Assembly: GCA_964187785.1 (NCBI GenBank) | Contig: OZ076409.1 | Coordinates: forward strand, 30,630,001 to 30,694,000 | Reading direction: 5' to 3' | Source of the DNA: Amphiscolops sp. MND2022 | Lineage: Eukaryota | Length of the DNA: 64,000 bases | Shown: piece after piece, positions 12,401 through 22,479 of the stretch | Numbering within the stretch: the stretch's first letter is position 1 | Layout of the letters: every line of letters begins with the position of its first letter | Notes under the pieces: generated by a model | What the model was told of the DNA's origin: nothing | What the model saw: the letters and a program-made list of their open reading frames with translations, nothing else | The model's database searches: none | Translations under genes and position numbers: made by a program

Positions 12401-13194
12401 AGTGTCAGACTTTCTTGCTGGAGTTGCTCAAACAGCTCAGGGCATCCAGTTACGCCAGTTCTCGGGTCGCCCGCTCTCTCAGTTGCCTGAGTGTGGACAT
12501 GTTGCTCGGCGGAGATGCAGGTTACGTTGTAGAGTTGTTTCAGGACTTGGTCGCCTGTTTCCAGGAAGCTGGTTATTTGGGTAGTCTGGATCGAGAAGCT
12601 GCTGTAAACGAGTTCAAGTCGTTGGTGGTGGATCTTCGGCAGTTATCGACTGATGCCTCTCAGATCAAAAACGTATTTGTTTATTTGGAGGATAATGCCA
12701 GTTATCAGTGCCGCGCCCATGTGAAACAAGTAGTTCGTCTTGTGCGTGTTATTGTTGGGCCTGCTCCTGCTGCCATGCCTGTTGTGGACATCTCTATGAG
12801 TGGAACAAATCTGCCGCCTAGTGTTATCCGTTCTGGGCTGAGTGCTGTTCAGTCATTTGTTTTGCATCCAAAGTTTGTCGTTGGTGAGTTGCTGACCGTA
12901 GGGTGTCTGGAGGAGTTAAAAGTCAACCTGCCTGTTGGGCATCGGTTCCTGGCACGGACTGAGTTTGATCCTTGGACTGATGTATGCCGCCATTCTCGTG
13001 CTGGGATTTTCGATGACTTGCTCCAGTGTTATACGGCGTATTATACAGGGCAGGTTGAGGAGTGGAGGGCCCGTGTGACAACTGTTGGTGCTTCTACCAG
13101 TGCTGTTCCTGGGGGCAGTCAAAGTGGAGCTGGTTCTTCGTCAAAAGGACCGAAGAGTAGTACCCGGGCAACGCGGTCTGGTAAATCGACCTGA
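9436..13194 (+). CDS. Five-exon antisense gene inside element B; 1094-aa BED-like zinc-finger protein resembling an inactivated hAT transposase (exons 9436-9739, 9824-10054, 10166-10369, 10507-10635, 10778-13194)
   Basis: Four GT-AG phase-1 introns join into one 3285-nt frame; CAIC...RHFKCKGH finger; SKTETL...LGDSPFSLVLQQS resembles the hAT RTK...FSLxxDES segment. Confidence 0.8.
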
Positions 13195-13548
13195 AGACAT
13201 GATGATTTTGAACTTTTGCTGATGAATTGATTGACTCCTTGTATATGGACTGTTTATTTATTTGTTGCTTGTATTAGCGGTTCCGCAAGTCGGTTCCTTT
13301 GTAGTGAATCAAAATACACAGAATGATATGCTCTGGTATTATAGGGCAAAGAAAAAAATCAAAAAAAACAGAGAGGAGAAGTTGAGGCAGCTCAGTGCTT
13401 TCCTGGGCTAATTAATTCAGTATTTAGCCTCCGAATTGTTTTCATCCAAGTCGTAGAGTATAGTAGTTTGAGTGAAAGCCATTGTGAAATGAAGAGATTT
13501 TGAGATTCAGTTTGTAGGGATGCTGTCTAGGCCAGTGCCTGGGGCTAA

Positions 13549-16500
13549 TTAATTTTCTGATCTCGGGCTGCCGTCTGGGCCGAGGTCTGCTAAAACTTGA
13601 AATTCTGGGTCGTCGTCCAGGCTACCTGTTGATTGTGCCGGGCTTGTTGAGTTAGCTGTTAAGGCATTGTAATAGGCGTAATCGGGCTTCCAATTTGACG
13701 TCGGGTTTCTTCGAAGATTGTATTGGGATTTTCGGGGGGATTTAGGTGTATCTGTGTTTTCTTCGGGTATATCATCGAGGTCGACTGTTGGGTCCTGTGC
13801 CTGATCACTTGGGTAGGTTGGGGTAGGTTCGGGTTCGTATGCCAGGTTAGGGCTTGGGGGTTCAGGGTGGGTGGGGGCGTTGTCTGTTACTGGGGTTGGC
13901 AGTATGATCTCGGGTTCGGGCGATTGTTTATTTTCGGGTTGGGGTGGGCATTCGTTGTATAGCTCTTCCCACGCCATTGCGAAGAGGTCGTCGTGTTGAA
14001 TTGTTACTTCAGTATCCTGCTGGTAATCTTTGGGTGGAACTGTGATGTCAGGCAGTTTTTGGCTGCTTGCAAAGGGGCGGAGTCTGATTCTGTGCAGGAT
14101 CTGGGTGAAATTGGTTTGTAGCTTGCGTATAAGGTAATTATTGTTAGGCAGAGTTTTGACCACGATATATGGTCCCGTCCAAAGGTATTCTCTAAACGGC
14201 AGTTTCGTCGCTTGGCTATGCGCCTTTGGATGTAAAGCATAGCAGTAGTCGTTTACTACTAAGGGGTGAGCTGATGCTTTCCGGTCATAATAACGCTTAT
14301 GTCGGACGTAGGCTTGCATCAGGGCTTGTTGGCTCTGGTTGAGGATTTCTTGTGTTTGCTTCAACACTCCCTCGGCTATTTCGTGGTTGATTGTGGAGGA
14401 CGCCTGTGGCTTGATGCCATATTTGAGGTCAAGTACGTTGTATGGTACTCTTCCATGGAAAACTCGGCTGGGTTCACAGCCCAGTGACGTGTGGTATGAG
14501 GTATTATAATTTAATACCGCCATTGGTAAAAATTGGTGCCACATCGTTCGCCTCTCTCCTGTCATGATCTTTAGGCTTTCTTTGAGGGAGGCGTGCGTCC
14601 TTTCCAGAATGCCAATCGTCTGGGCATGTTTGGTAGTGGCATGTTTCAGTTGGATTCCAAGGACAGCTGTTGTTTGTTGCATTGCCTCCGATATGAACTG
14701 GGATCCTTTGTCCGTTATTATCGTCGTGGGAAGGTAACAGTGTCTTGTTATGATATCTGTGAGGACCCGCGTGACAGTCTTGGTATCGACCCTGGCGACA
14801 CTATAAGCGAAGAGGTATCGGGAGAATACATCCATCGCTGTAATGACTGCGGTATATCCTCCTGATGGGTCGTCGAACGGGACGATGTCCATTTGTAGCG
14901 CGTCTTCTGGGCCCAGTGCTACTTTAGACATATCGATCAGTGGAGGTGTGATGTTGGCATTTGGGGTCCTTTTCGTCTGCGCACATTCTGGACACTGTGT
15001 AATGTGCGTGGCTATGCGGGCGGCTAGTCCTGGGAAGTAATATTTTTCGCGGCACTGCTGGATGGTTTTGGCTATACCTGGGTGTTTCCCGAATTTGCCA
15101 TGGTGGTGTTGTATGAATTCATCGACCAATTGTTGGGGGAGCAATACTTGCAGATATTTGACTTTTCCTGTGTCGCCAAAGTATTGTCTGTACAGGAGCC
15201 CATCTTTGATGATGATGCGGTCGTCCTGAGTGAGGTACTTGGCTGCTCTGGGGTCATCATTCAGTAGTTGGGTGTCATATGGTTCTTTTAGGATTTTCAG
15301 TTTGAGGTTTCTAAGGACGGGGTCCTGGTCTTGGTGTGGTCTCAAACTGCGTGGGAAACTAGTGTCATTGTGTAGTAGACGCCGCTGTTCCTGTTCTGGG
15401 TCTTGGATGTTGTTGCAGACCAGGGGTAGGTTCTCAGGTTGAGAGATGGTTTGGTCAGTTTCGTTCATTGGATCAGTGCTTTTTTTATATGGTGAGTAGA
15501 TCTGTTTGCGGGCTTGTTGTTTCCGCTCCCAGATGTCCTCTTTGGTCTCTGAGTCGTCCTCTGGTAAAAAATAGAATTGATCTTCCTCATGGATGTCGGA
15601 AGATTGAATGTTCACCTGGATCGGCGTAGTTTGTATATCTTCTCTGATTTGGAGAAGGACTTTTTCTTTGGGGCTGATGTCGAGACGGGAGAGGAAATCA
15701 GCTGCAGTATTCATTCTTCCTGGCACATGGGCGATCTTGAAGTGAAATTGTAATACGAAATCGCAGGCATTCCAGAGGGAGGGGGGAATCATCTTGGTTT
15801 GAAAAAACCTGGTGACCGATTTATTGTCAGTTAAGACAATACTTGGTTTGGAGGAACCCCACAAGATGTGGCTGTATTCCATAAATGCAAAATAGATGGC
15901 CAAGAATTCTTTGGCGTAGATCGACATTTTCAGCTGGGACGGTGAAAAGGTCTTTGATCCAAATGCCACTGGAGCGTAAGTCTTCTTGGTGGAGGTGATC
16001 TTTTGTTCGGGGTCCTCTTCCGTCATCAAGGCATATCCGGCGTTCTTGAAGCTTGCGTCTGTCATTAGCACGTACTGGCGGTTTGGCAGTGGCTGTTTGA
16101 GCCAAAGGCCGCATGCGTTGTCCAGTGACTTGTTGATGGCTTCAAAATTGGAAATGAGGTCTTGGTCGATCTTTACCGGTTTGTCTGATTTGATCAGTTC
16201 ATGGAACGGGGCGATTTTCTCTGACAATCGGGGAATGTAATTTCTGTAGTAGTTTACAAACCCGATGTATCTTTGAAGTCCCTTCTTCGTTCGGGGGAAT
16301 TTGATGGTTTGGAGATGTTTCTGGATCTTGTGGCTCTGGGGTGCCACTCCTGCTGGGGAAATCGTTCGCCCAAGGAATTCGACTTCCTTGGCGCCGAACT
16401 GACATTTGGCCATGGTGAGCCGGAGTCCTGCAGCGCGGATGCATTGGAAAACCTCTCTCAAGTTGTTCTTCAAGTCCTCGGGAGTGTTGGTGGCGATTCC

Positions 16501-19329
16501 AATGTCATCTACGTACTGAGCGCATTTGTCCGCCTTTATGGCTTTGTCGAGATATTCCCTCATGAAACTGGAGAAGGACGAGAGTGAGCGGCTCAGGCCC
16601 TGGGCTAACCTGAGGTACGCAAATGTCCTGCTGGCAAAGTTGAAGGCTAGGAGTTGCACTGATTTCTGGTCTGCCATTTGCAGCACGTGGTAAGCTTGTG
16701 AACAATCAAGCTTACAGAACAACTTTTTGCCAGCGAGGTGTTGCGCTGCGTCGGTCAATGTGCTCACGGGATGATTGTTGTTAATGTAATCATCGGAGAT
16801 TAGGTTGTTGATCTTCCTGAGGTCGACCAGGAGACGCAGGCGGCCATTTGGTTTCCGTTGGGCGAAGATGGGACTAGCATACTTGCTGAACGGGAGGGTG
16901 GTGATGATCCCGAAGTAATGCATTAGTGCCAACTCGACTGTCAGGTCCTCTTTCAGGTTAATGGGGCACGGCAAGCTCTGTGAATAGACGGGGTCGTCTG
17001 TTTTTGGGGTGAGCTTGATTTTAAAGTCGTGGTTGATTCCGATGTCTAGTCGGTGCCTCGCGAAAATGTCATTGAACTCTATCAGGATTTCCTCAATGTC
17101 TTTTTGGTCATTTTCTGTTAACTGGGAATCATCCCATTTAAAGTTTTTGAGGAATGCCTCTCGGTCTTCAGTATTGTTATTGGGGTCCAGTTTCTGGATC
17201 TCTTCCAGTTCCTTGATTTCCCTCAGTATTCTGCTTTGAATCGGCGTGTGGGTACTAGGGTCGCCAGGATTGTCCGGTGTAGGGAACCAAAAGTTTTGGT
17301 TGTTTGATGGTTTTTCTGAGGTTTTCAGAAGCTCATTGATGTACACTAGCGCATCTTCGGAGTCGTCTTCGGTCAGCACTTTAAGTGCTGCTGTGTTCAG
17401 TGGTTTGAGTTCTTTGGCCTCTTCCGGGGACAGGATTTTGAACTCGGCGATTGTGGTGTTGCGCTTAATAGTGAAAGGTGTAGGGGTGGTGTTGGTGACT
17501 CTGATGTCGATTTTCCTGTTGGAAGCTGTTGAGATGGAGCTGGCTACTACTAGGGGGTCACCACTACAATGGTTGGTAGCTGGGTTTATGACACCGGTTG
17601 TGTCAACGTTTGATGGTGTGTCTGTGGAGCCCGTGATTGTTTGTGTCGTTTCCGGGGGAATCGTGAGTGGATTCTTGATCTGTACTTTATACAATTTCCT
17701 GTTACGTGTATATTCATCAGTTTCGATTGAATATGTGAGGTGGGGGAAGTGTAACAGGCCTTGGCTCACGTCCAGAATTGCGCTATTGTTTTTAAGGAAT
17801 GTAAGGCCAAGTATCGGGCCAGTCAGGCGTTTGGCCACGATAAAGGTTTCTTTGAAATTCCAGTCTCCGATCTCGAATTGGAGGATGATTGTTTTGGTAG
17901 GTGTCTCAATGTCGCCATTTGCGACTTGAAGTTTGAAGGGGGGAGGTTCCAATTCTTTGACTACATCTTTGGGGGACATTTGAATGATTTTGTTGTAATC
18001 TGTTTCAGAGATGCAGTTTACGAGAGCGCCAGAATCGATGAGGGCGTCCAGGGTCAAGTCCTGGAAATCCATGGGTGCGAAGAGCATTTTCTTCTTCTTT
18101 TTAAGTGATACCGCTGAGAAGATTGGTATGCACTCTTCTTTGGTGATGGGGTCTCTCGTGAGGAATTCCGCAATCTGGGCCAGGGGGTAGGACTGGGGTT
18201 CGTCCTGGGATGGTGAGTCGTTTACTACACCTGGGGGGAATCCAGATTGCGTGTTAGTTGCGGCAGAGGTGAGGGGTCGAGGGTCCTCGACTTCGTTTTC
18301 GGTCTGCCTGCTTGAGAGAGAGGGGTAGACGTTGGTTTCTCTGGTTGGGCTTTCGTTATTCCTCGGATATTCTGCAGTCTGCTGGGGGAGGTAGGACCTG
18401 GGAGTGTCCTGTTGTGGTGCGCCGTTTGCGGCACCTGAGGGCGATCCAGACTGCATGTTGGTTGCGTCAGCTATGATGTGTCGATCAAAGTCGATGTCAT
18501 CTTCTAGCTGGCTATTGAGGATGGGATGTGAGACCTGGGTCTCGCTGAGAATTGGTGGCTCCAAGAGTAGAGATCTCTTGATGCGTTTTGTTGTGGGTTT
18601 GGAGGTGATTGTCTCCGGATTGTGTGTATTTTGGGCTAGGTCCACGGCTTCGCTCGTGGTCCTGTGGGCGATGTCTTTGTGTTGGTGGCTATCTGGTGCC
18701 ACGTCCATTGTTGGGGATCGGATGATACCGGCTCTAATAGGGTTTGTTGACTGTTCCCTTGATGGAGAATGGGGAGCAGTGGCATGTGATCCTTGGTTTT
18801 TGAGTATGGGTCTGAGATTGTCTTGGGGGAGATCAACTATGATCTCTGTCACATGTTCCACGTCCTGGTCGTAATTGGGGATGGGTTGGACGGTTTTGGA
18901 CCTGTGGCGTGGCTCGGTGGAAATGTTCATCCCTGTTTTTCTGATATACTCTTCAAATGGCGTGCATTCCTGGTGTTTGAAGGTTAGTGTTGTTTTGTCG
19001 TATAGTTGAGGGTTATAGTAGGGGTCGCAGCTGAAGTCCGAGTCGTGGAAGTATGTTTCAGGGGTAGTGCTTTCTGGTAGGGGTCGTTTGGGGGTATTGT
19101 ACTCAGTCGGGTTGTCGAGGTACCACTGGGGGTAGTCCTTCTTTGTGATGTTTCGACGGTTGTATTTATGGAGCTTATGGATCTGCCATCTTCGCTGCCA
19201 GTCGAGAGATGGTTCTTCATTTCGCTCAGTGTTTCCTTCTTGGTCGTATGAATTTGGGGGTTCAGATGTTGTGTACTGTCGCGTTTCGACAGTCTCCCCA
19301 AATCGAAGATGTGGCGATTCTAGTTTTTT
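13549..19329 (-). CDS. pol: Pol polyprotein (protease, RT, RNase H, integrase), intact; frame is open upstream of ATG 18930 to the slippery site
   Basis: LIDSGA, YVDD, TDAS/KEFLAI/TDNKS/ADFLSR, H-H-C-C finger (HPG...CPEC), DDE core, WTGPY. Confidence 0.97.
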   Translation of the reverse strand, partial: KKLESPHLRFGETVETRQYTTSEPPNSYDQEGNTERNEEPSLDWQRRWQIHKLHKYNRRNITKKDYPQWYLDNPTEYNTPKRPLPESTTPETYFHDSDFSCDPYYNPQLYDKTTLTFKHQECTPFEEYIRKTGMNISTEPRHRSKTVQPIPNYDQDVEHVTEIIVDLPQDNLRPILKNQGSHATAPHSPSREQSTNPIRAGIIRSPTMDVAPDSHQHKDIAHRTTSEAVDLAQNTHNPETITSKPTTKRIKRSLLLEPPILSETQVSHPILNSQLEDDIDFDRHIIADATNMQSGSPSGAANGAPQQDTPRSYLPQQTAEYPRNNESPTRETNVYPSLSSRQTENEVEDPRPLTSAATNTQSGFPPGVVNDSPSQDEPQSYPLAQIAEFLTRDPITKEECIPIFSAVSLKKKKKMLFAPMDFQDLTLDALIDSGALVNCISETDYNKIIQMSPKDVVKELEPPPFKLQVANGDIETPTKTIILQFEIGDWNFKETFIVAKRLTGPILGLTFLKNNSAILDVSQGLLHFPHLTYSIETDEYTRNRKLYKVQIKNPLTIPPETTQTITGSTDTPSNVDTTGVINPATNHCSGDPLVVASSISTASNRKIDIRVTNTTPTPFTIKRNTTIAEFKILSPEEAKELKPLNTAALKVLTEDDSEDALVYINELLKTSEKPSNNQNFWFPTPDNPGDPSTHTPIQSRILREIKELEEIQKLDPNNNTEDREAFLKNFKWDDSQLTENDQKDIEEILIEFNDIFARHRLDIGINHDFKIKLTPKTDDPVYSQSLPCPINLKEDLTVELALMHYFGIITTLPFSKYASPIFAQRKPNGRLRLLVDLRKINNLISDDYINNNHPVSTLTDAAQHLAGKKLFCKLDCSQAYHVLQMADQKSVQLLAFNFASRTFAYLRLAQGLSRSLSSFSSFMREYLDKAIKADKCAQYVDDIGIATNTPEDLKNNLREVFQCIRAAGLRLTMAKCQFGAKEVEFLGRTISPAGVAPQSHKIQKHLQTIKFPRTKKGLQRYIGFVNYYRNYIPRLSEKIAPFHELIKSDKPVKIDQDLISNFEAINKSLDNACGLWLKQPLPNRQYVLMTDASFKNAGYALMTEEDPEQKITSTKKTYAPVAFGSKTFSPSQLKMSIYAKEFLAIYFAFMEYSHILWGSSKPSIVLTDNKSVTRFFQTKMIPPSLWNACDFVLQFHFKIAHVPGRMNTAADFLSRLDISPKEKVLLQIREDIQTTPIQVNIQSSDIHEEDQFYFLPEDDSETKEDIWERKQQARKQIYSPYKKSTDPMNETDQTISQPENLPLVCNNIQDPEQEQRRLLHNDTSFPRSLRPHQDQDPVLRNLKLKILKEPYDTQLLNDDPRAAKYLTQDDRIIIKDGLLYRQYFGDTGKVKYLQVLLPQQLVDEFIQHHHGKFGKHPGIAKTIQQCREKYYFPGLAARIATHITQCPECAQTKRTPNANITPPLIDMSKVALGPEDALQMDIVPFDDPSGGYTAVITAMDVFSRYLFAYSVARVDTKTVTRVLTDIITRHCYLPTTIITDKGSQFISEAMQQTTAVLGIQLKHATTKHAQTIGILERTHASLKESLKIMTGERRTMWHQFLPMAVLNYNTSYHTSLGCEPSRVFHGRVPYNVLDLKYGIKPQASSTINHEIAEGVLKQTQEILNQSQQALMQAYVRHKRYYDRKASAHPLVVNDYCYALHPKAHSQATKLPFREYLWTGPYIVVKTLPNNNYLIRKLQTNFTQILHRIRLRPFASSQKLPDITVPPKDYQQDTEVTIQHDDLFAMAWEELYNECPPQPENKQSPEPEIILPTPVTDNAPTHPEPPSPNLAYEPEPTPTYPSDQAQDPTVDLDDIPEENTDTPKSPRKSQYNLRRNPTSNWKPDYAYYNALTANSTSPAQSTGSLDDDPEFQVLADLGPDGSPRSEN
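19323..19329 (-). promoter_or_regulatory. Predicted -1 ribosomal frameshift heptamer A AAA AAC
   Basis: TCA AAA AAC TAG ends gag; the -1 frame reads without a stop into the pol ORF; hairpin ACTGTCG/CGACAGT downstream. Confidence 0.85.
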
Positions 19330-20435
19330 GAGTGGCTGAGGTTCTGACTTAAGTTTTGGGGTTGAGTGGTCTGCGGGAGCATGGGTGGGTAGCCCGTTTG
19401 GCTATGTGTTTGGTTGTCGTATGTTTGTTGGTGGGTTGATGGGTTGTCCGAGGGGTATTGACCTTGGGCATTTTGTGGCAACGGGATGTTATTCGGGGGA
19501 GTTGTCTTAGGTGTCTTCCACCATTGAGGTCTGTTTGCCCAGTTGGCTCCGGAATAACACTCTTGGGTCGTATGGCTTTTCTTGCCACAGGTTTCACATG
19601 GATTTGTGATTTTGGTTGGTACCCGGTTGCCTCGGTTGCGGGCTTCCCGAGCTGTTTTCCGGCAGTTCTTTATTACATGGCCTGAGTGGCCACATCCAAA
19701 GCACGGGCCTGCCGGTTTGGGTGGATTGGTGGTTTGTTGTGGGATGTCTTGTACATCGATTTGATGTACACCTGTTATGGTGGTGTCGCTTGGGGCCAGG
19801 AGTCCGTTTAACTCCATTTCACGTTCCAGGTGTTGGACCATGAGGTCGTACGACTCTGTCTCTAGTCTTGCCTGGTTGAGGACTCGTTTTAAATGGGCTG
19901 GCATTTTTGCATAGAATGAGGTTTCTATGAACTTTGGGGCGTCGTCGCCATATGCCTCCTGTGCCAATTTTTGATACTCCAAGAAATCTTGGAAGGTTTG
20001 GCGAGTAGGGTCAAAGTAAAGTTGTTCCCACTTACATCTTGCTGTAGCTATCGATTGTGGGCGTACATACCGTCTGCGAAAAGTGGCGATGATGTCATCT
20101 AGGCTGGCGCGGTTTGCGTCTGTCATGTTGCGATACGTTTGGAGCGCATCGCCTCTCAGGAGGGAGTGGAAGTAGTGGATTTGCTCCTCTTCTGAGATGT
20201 TTGGGTAGACTTTGAGGCTCGTCATAAACAGATCTTCGAAATGCTCGAACTTGTCATTGCGGCCATCGAACGTTGGCATGGTCGTTGAGAGTGCCTTTGG
20301 TAGTCTGGGCAATCCCGCATTCTGTTGTGTGGCATTTTTTAAGGATTCGAGTAGTTTGTCTACGATATCGTCTGGATATCTCATGTTGGGCGGCGGTAGA
20401 CTTGATGACCGGGCGGGTATATCCTGGGTTGTGGT

Positions 20436-20449
20436 AACTCATGTCACCA
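20436..20449 (-). promoter_or_regulatory. Primer-binding site of element B (possibly tRNA-Leu-like)
   Basis: TGGTGACATGAGTT directly after the LTR end; copy at 22665-22678 reads TGGTGACAGGAGTT. Confidence 0.75.
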
Positions 20450-22338
20450 TGTGTTGACCGTGATTTAGACGTAAATCATTCGGTTCAACTGCTCCGGGTC
20501 TAAAACACGTATTCTCTAAGTCTTCATCATCGGGATCGTGGTGTGCGTTGTAGGACGGTTTTTCTGCTAGAGTGTCTATCTTGGAGGCTAGGTTCTCTAT
20601 CATTTTCAAAATCTCGCGCTGTCCAACTTCCGTGTCCTTAATTCTTTTGCTGACGGACTTTTCTATCTTTTCGGATAACTCATTGAAGTCCTTGTCAGAC
20701 AAGCAAGGGGTATTCTCAGTCCTCGTGCTGGAGGACTCAGGTTCGTCTATTGAATTCACTGGGGAATGTCGCCTAGCTTTCCTTTTCGAGCTCCTTTCGG
20801 GCATCTTGTTCAAGTTTAAGTTCTCAATTTTTTTTAGAAGAAGTTTAAGTAGAATCTTAAGCAAAGAAATTTGAAGTTTTGAAACTTTCAATTATTTTCA
20901 ACAAAAGACAATTGCTTGCGATGAACGACAAAATTTGACTAAAAATGGCCTCTTGGTCCCATCATATTTATACCTTCCGATAGAGGAAGCAAGGAAAAGA
21001 CACGCACATACTTCACACTTCGTTCAGCCCGGCGTCCATCCGAGGCAGGGAAACCGGAAATTCAGTTCCGCTTAGTCGAACTCAGGCTTTCAGTTTGTTC
21101 ATGCTTCCCGGGGAAAGCAAGCGTCCACTTCCGGCCTGAGTTGCGACTTCGCTTTCCTTCCTCTCCAATCTCCCGCCTCTTCGAGACGCCGAACTGAACA
21201 ACTAGCAAAACACACGCTGTGACTCATCAAATGAAGTTAACAAACTGCACTAAATTTGGGAAGAAACGATGACAGTCAAATTCCTTTTACAGATATTCTC
21301 TAATTAAAATAAATTAGCAACGAAATGAGAGAAATTACATGGAAAACGTATGATAATTTGCAAAAGGGAGAGTAGAATCTTTTCTACGGTGTATTTGGTG
21401 ATGTTTTAAATAAAACGGCAAAGCCTGGTCCCAGGCCATGGTCCTGGACGGACAAATTGGTTCAACAAAATACAGTGATTATAAACAGTGCACAGCATCA
21501 GAGACATTATTTTATGGAATAATAAATGCAATTAAACGGTAACGTGTTTAGAAAATGGTATATGCATGCAATTAACCCTTGGTTTGCATTTTGACATTGA
21601 GCCTTTGGCTCAGGCCACGGTTCAGGCTTATTTACTGATTAGACGCCATTTACATGTAAAAGTACATTGTATGTAATATTCCAATCAACAATATTATTTA
21701 GGATCATCAGTGATAGCTATTAGAGTTATTTCGAAACAAAGTTACATATTAGCATCGACACTTTCTAATTTTACGGACAGTTCGCTGTATTTTCATTCTC
21801 AGGCCGCGTCTCAGGCCGCGGTCTAAAATATTGCAATGAATTGGCGCGGGAATCTCAATTATTGGTATATATACAAAACTGCACTGTCGATGAAGCACTG
21901 CATTAGCCATTAGTTTGTATACATGTATTCACTGTAAGGGAATGCTTGTGTATTGGTTTACAAATCTCAGGCCGCCTGCCAGGCCACCGCTTTAGTGAGC
22001 GCATTTGAGGCCGGCCACCAGGCCGCAGTTCCGTTCAAGAATTGATTGACTGCTTGTCAGGTTGAGTGTTTTACGTAGTATTGATATTAGCACTATATTA
22101 TTAACATTATTAACTGCACTTTAGCTCCGTTATTCGTAAGTACGTTTTTAAATAAGTGTACATTAATATAGTAATATTAATATATATTTATTTATTTAAT
22201 TGTTTCAAATTTAGCGCCTCTGTTTCTAATTGTCCCTTTGTTGTTTCTTTCTTGTTCTTTTCTCTCTTTTCCCAATTTATTCTTTGAAGACTGGGTTACA
22301 CACGTTGCAGTACTCACAGCTTATGCGGGGCTGTGACA
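20450..22338 (-). repeat. 5' LTR of element B
   Basis: Near-identical to 6853-8742, bordered by the PBS and the GGAAG TSD. Confidence 0.96.
20965..20972 (-). promoter_or_regulatory. TATA box in the LTR
   Basis: TATAAATA ~160 bp upstream of Gag ATG 20804; present in all three LTR copies. Confidence 0.6.
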
Positions 22339-22479
22339 GGAAGTAATTTTAACCTTTCAGAAATTTGATTTTGGAGTATTCAGCAAGGAAAAGCGTTGCC
22401 GAGATTTGCATTAACTGAGGAATTTTCCGCTCTTTTCCGATATTGGTTTTGTTACGAAAAGGATTGTGTCTAGAATTGA

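Larger units (their letters stand above)
19320..20804 (-). pseudogene. gag: gag (494 aa reconstructed) starting in the 5' LTR; one premature TGA at 20439-20441, downstream 354 aa open
   Basis: MPTFDG capsid-like motif, two CCHC knuckles (CFGCGHSGHVIKNC, CETCGKKSHTTQEC); the duplicated copy has GGA in place of TGA. Confidence 0.88.
6853..22338 (-). mobile_element. Complete Ty3/Gypsy LTR retrotransposon (element B, ~15.5 kb) with accessory genes
   Basis: Two near-identical TG...CA LTRs, 5-bp TSD GGAAG (6848-6852 and 22339-22343), PBS, PPT, gag and PR-RT-RH-IN pol. Confidence 0.97.

Noticed and set aside
9230..13540. Autonomous hAT DNA transposon nested in element B
   Set aside because: No TIR pair or 8-bp TSD found by eye, and catalytic residues appear to be missing; not fully excluded without comparing other copies
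13549..14000. Chromodomain at the integrase C-terminus of element B
   Set aside because: Tail is Pro/acidic low-complexity with no aromatic-cage motif
13723..19843. Many short + strand and alternate-frame ORFs over gag/pol of element B
   Set aside because: Shadow frames of a long coding sequence with no recognisable motifs
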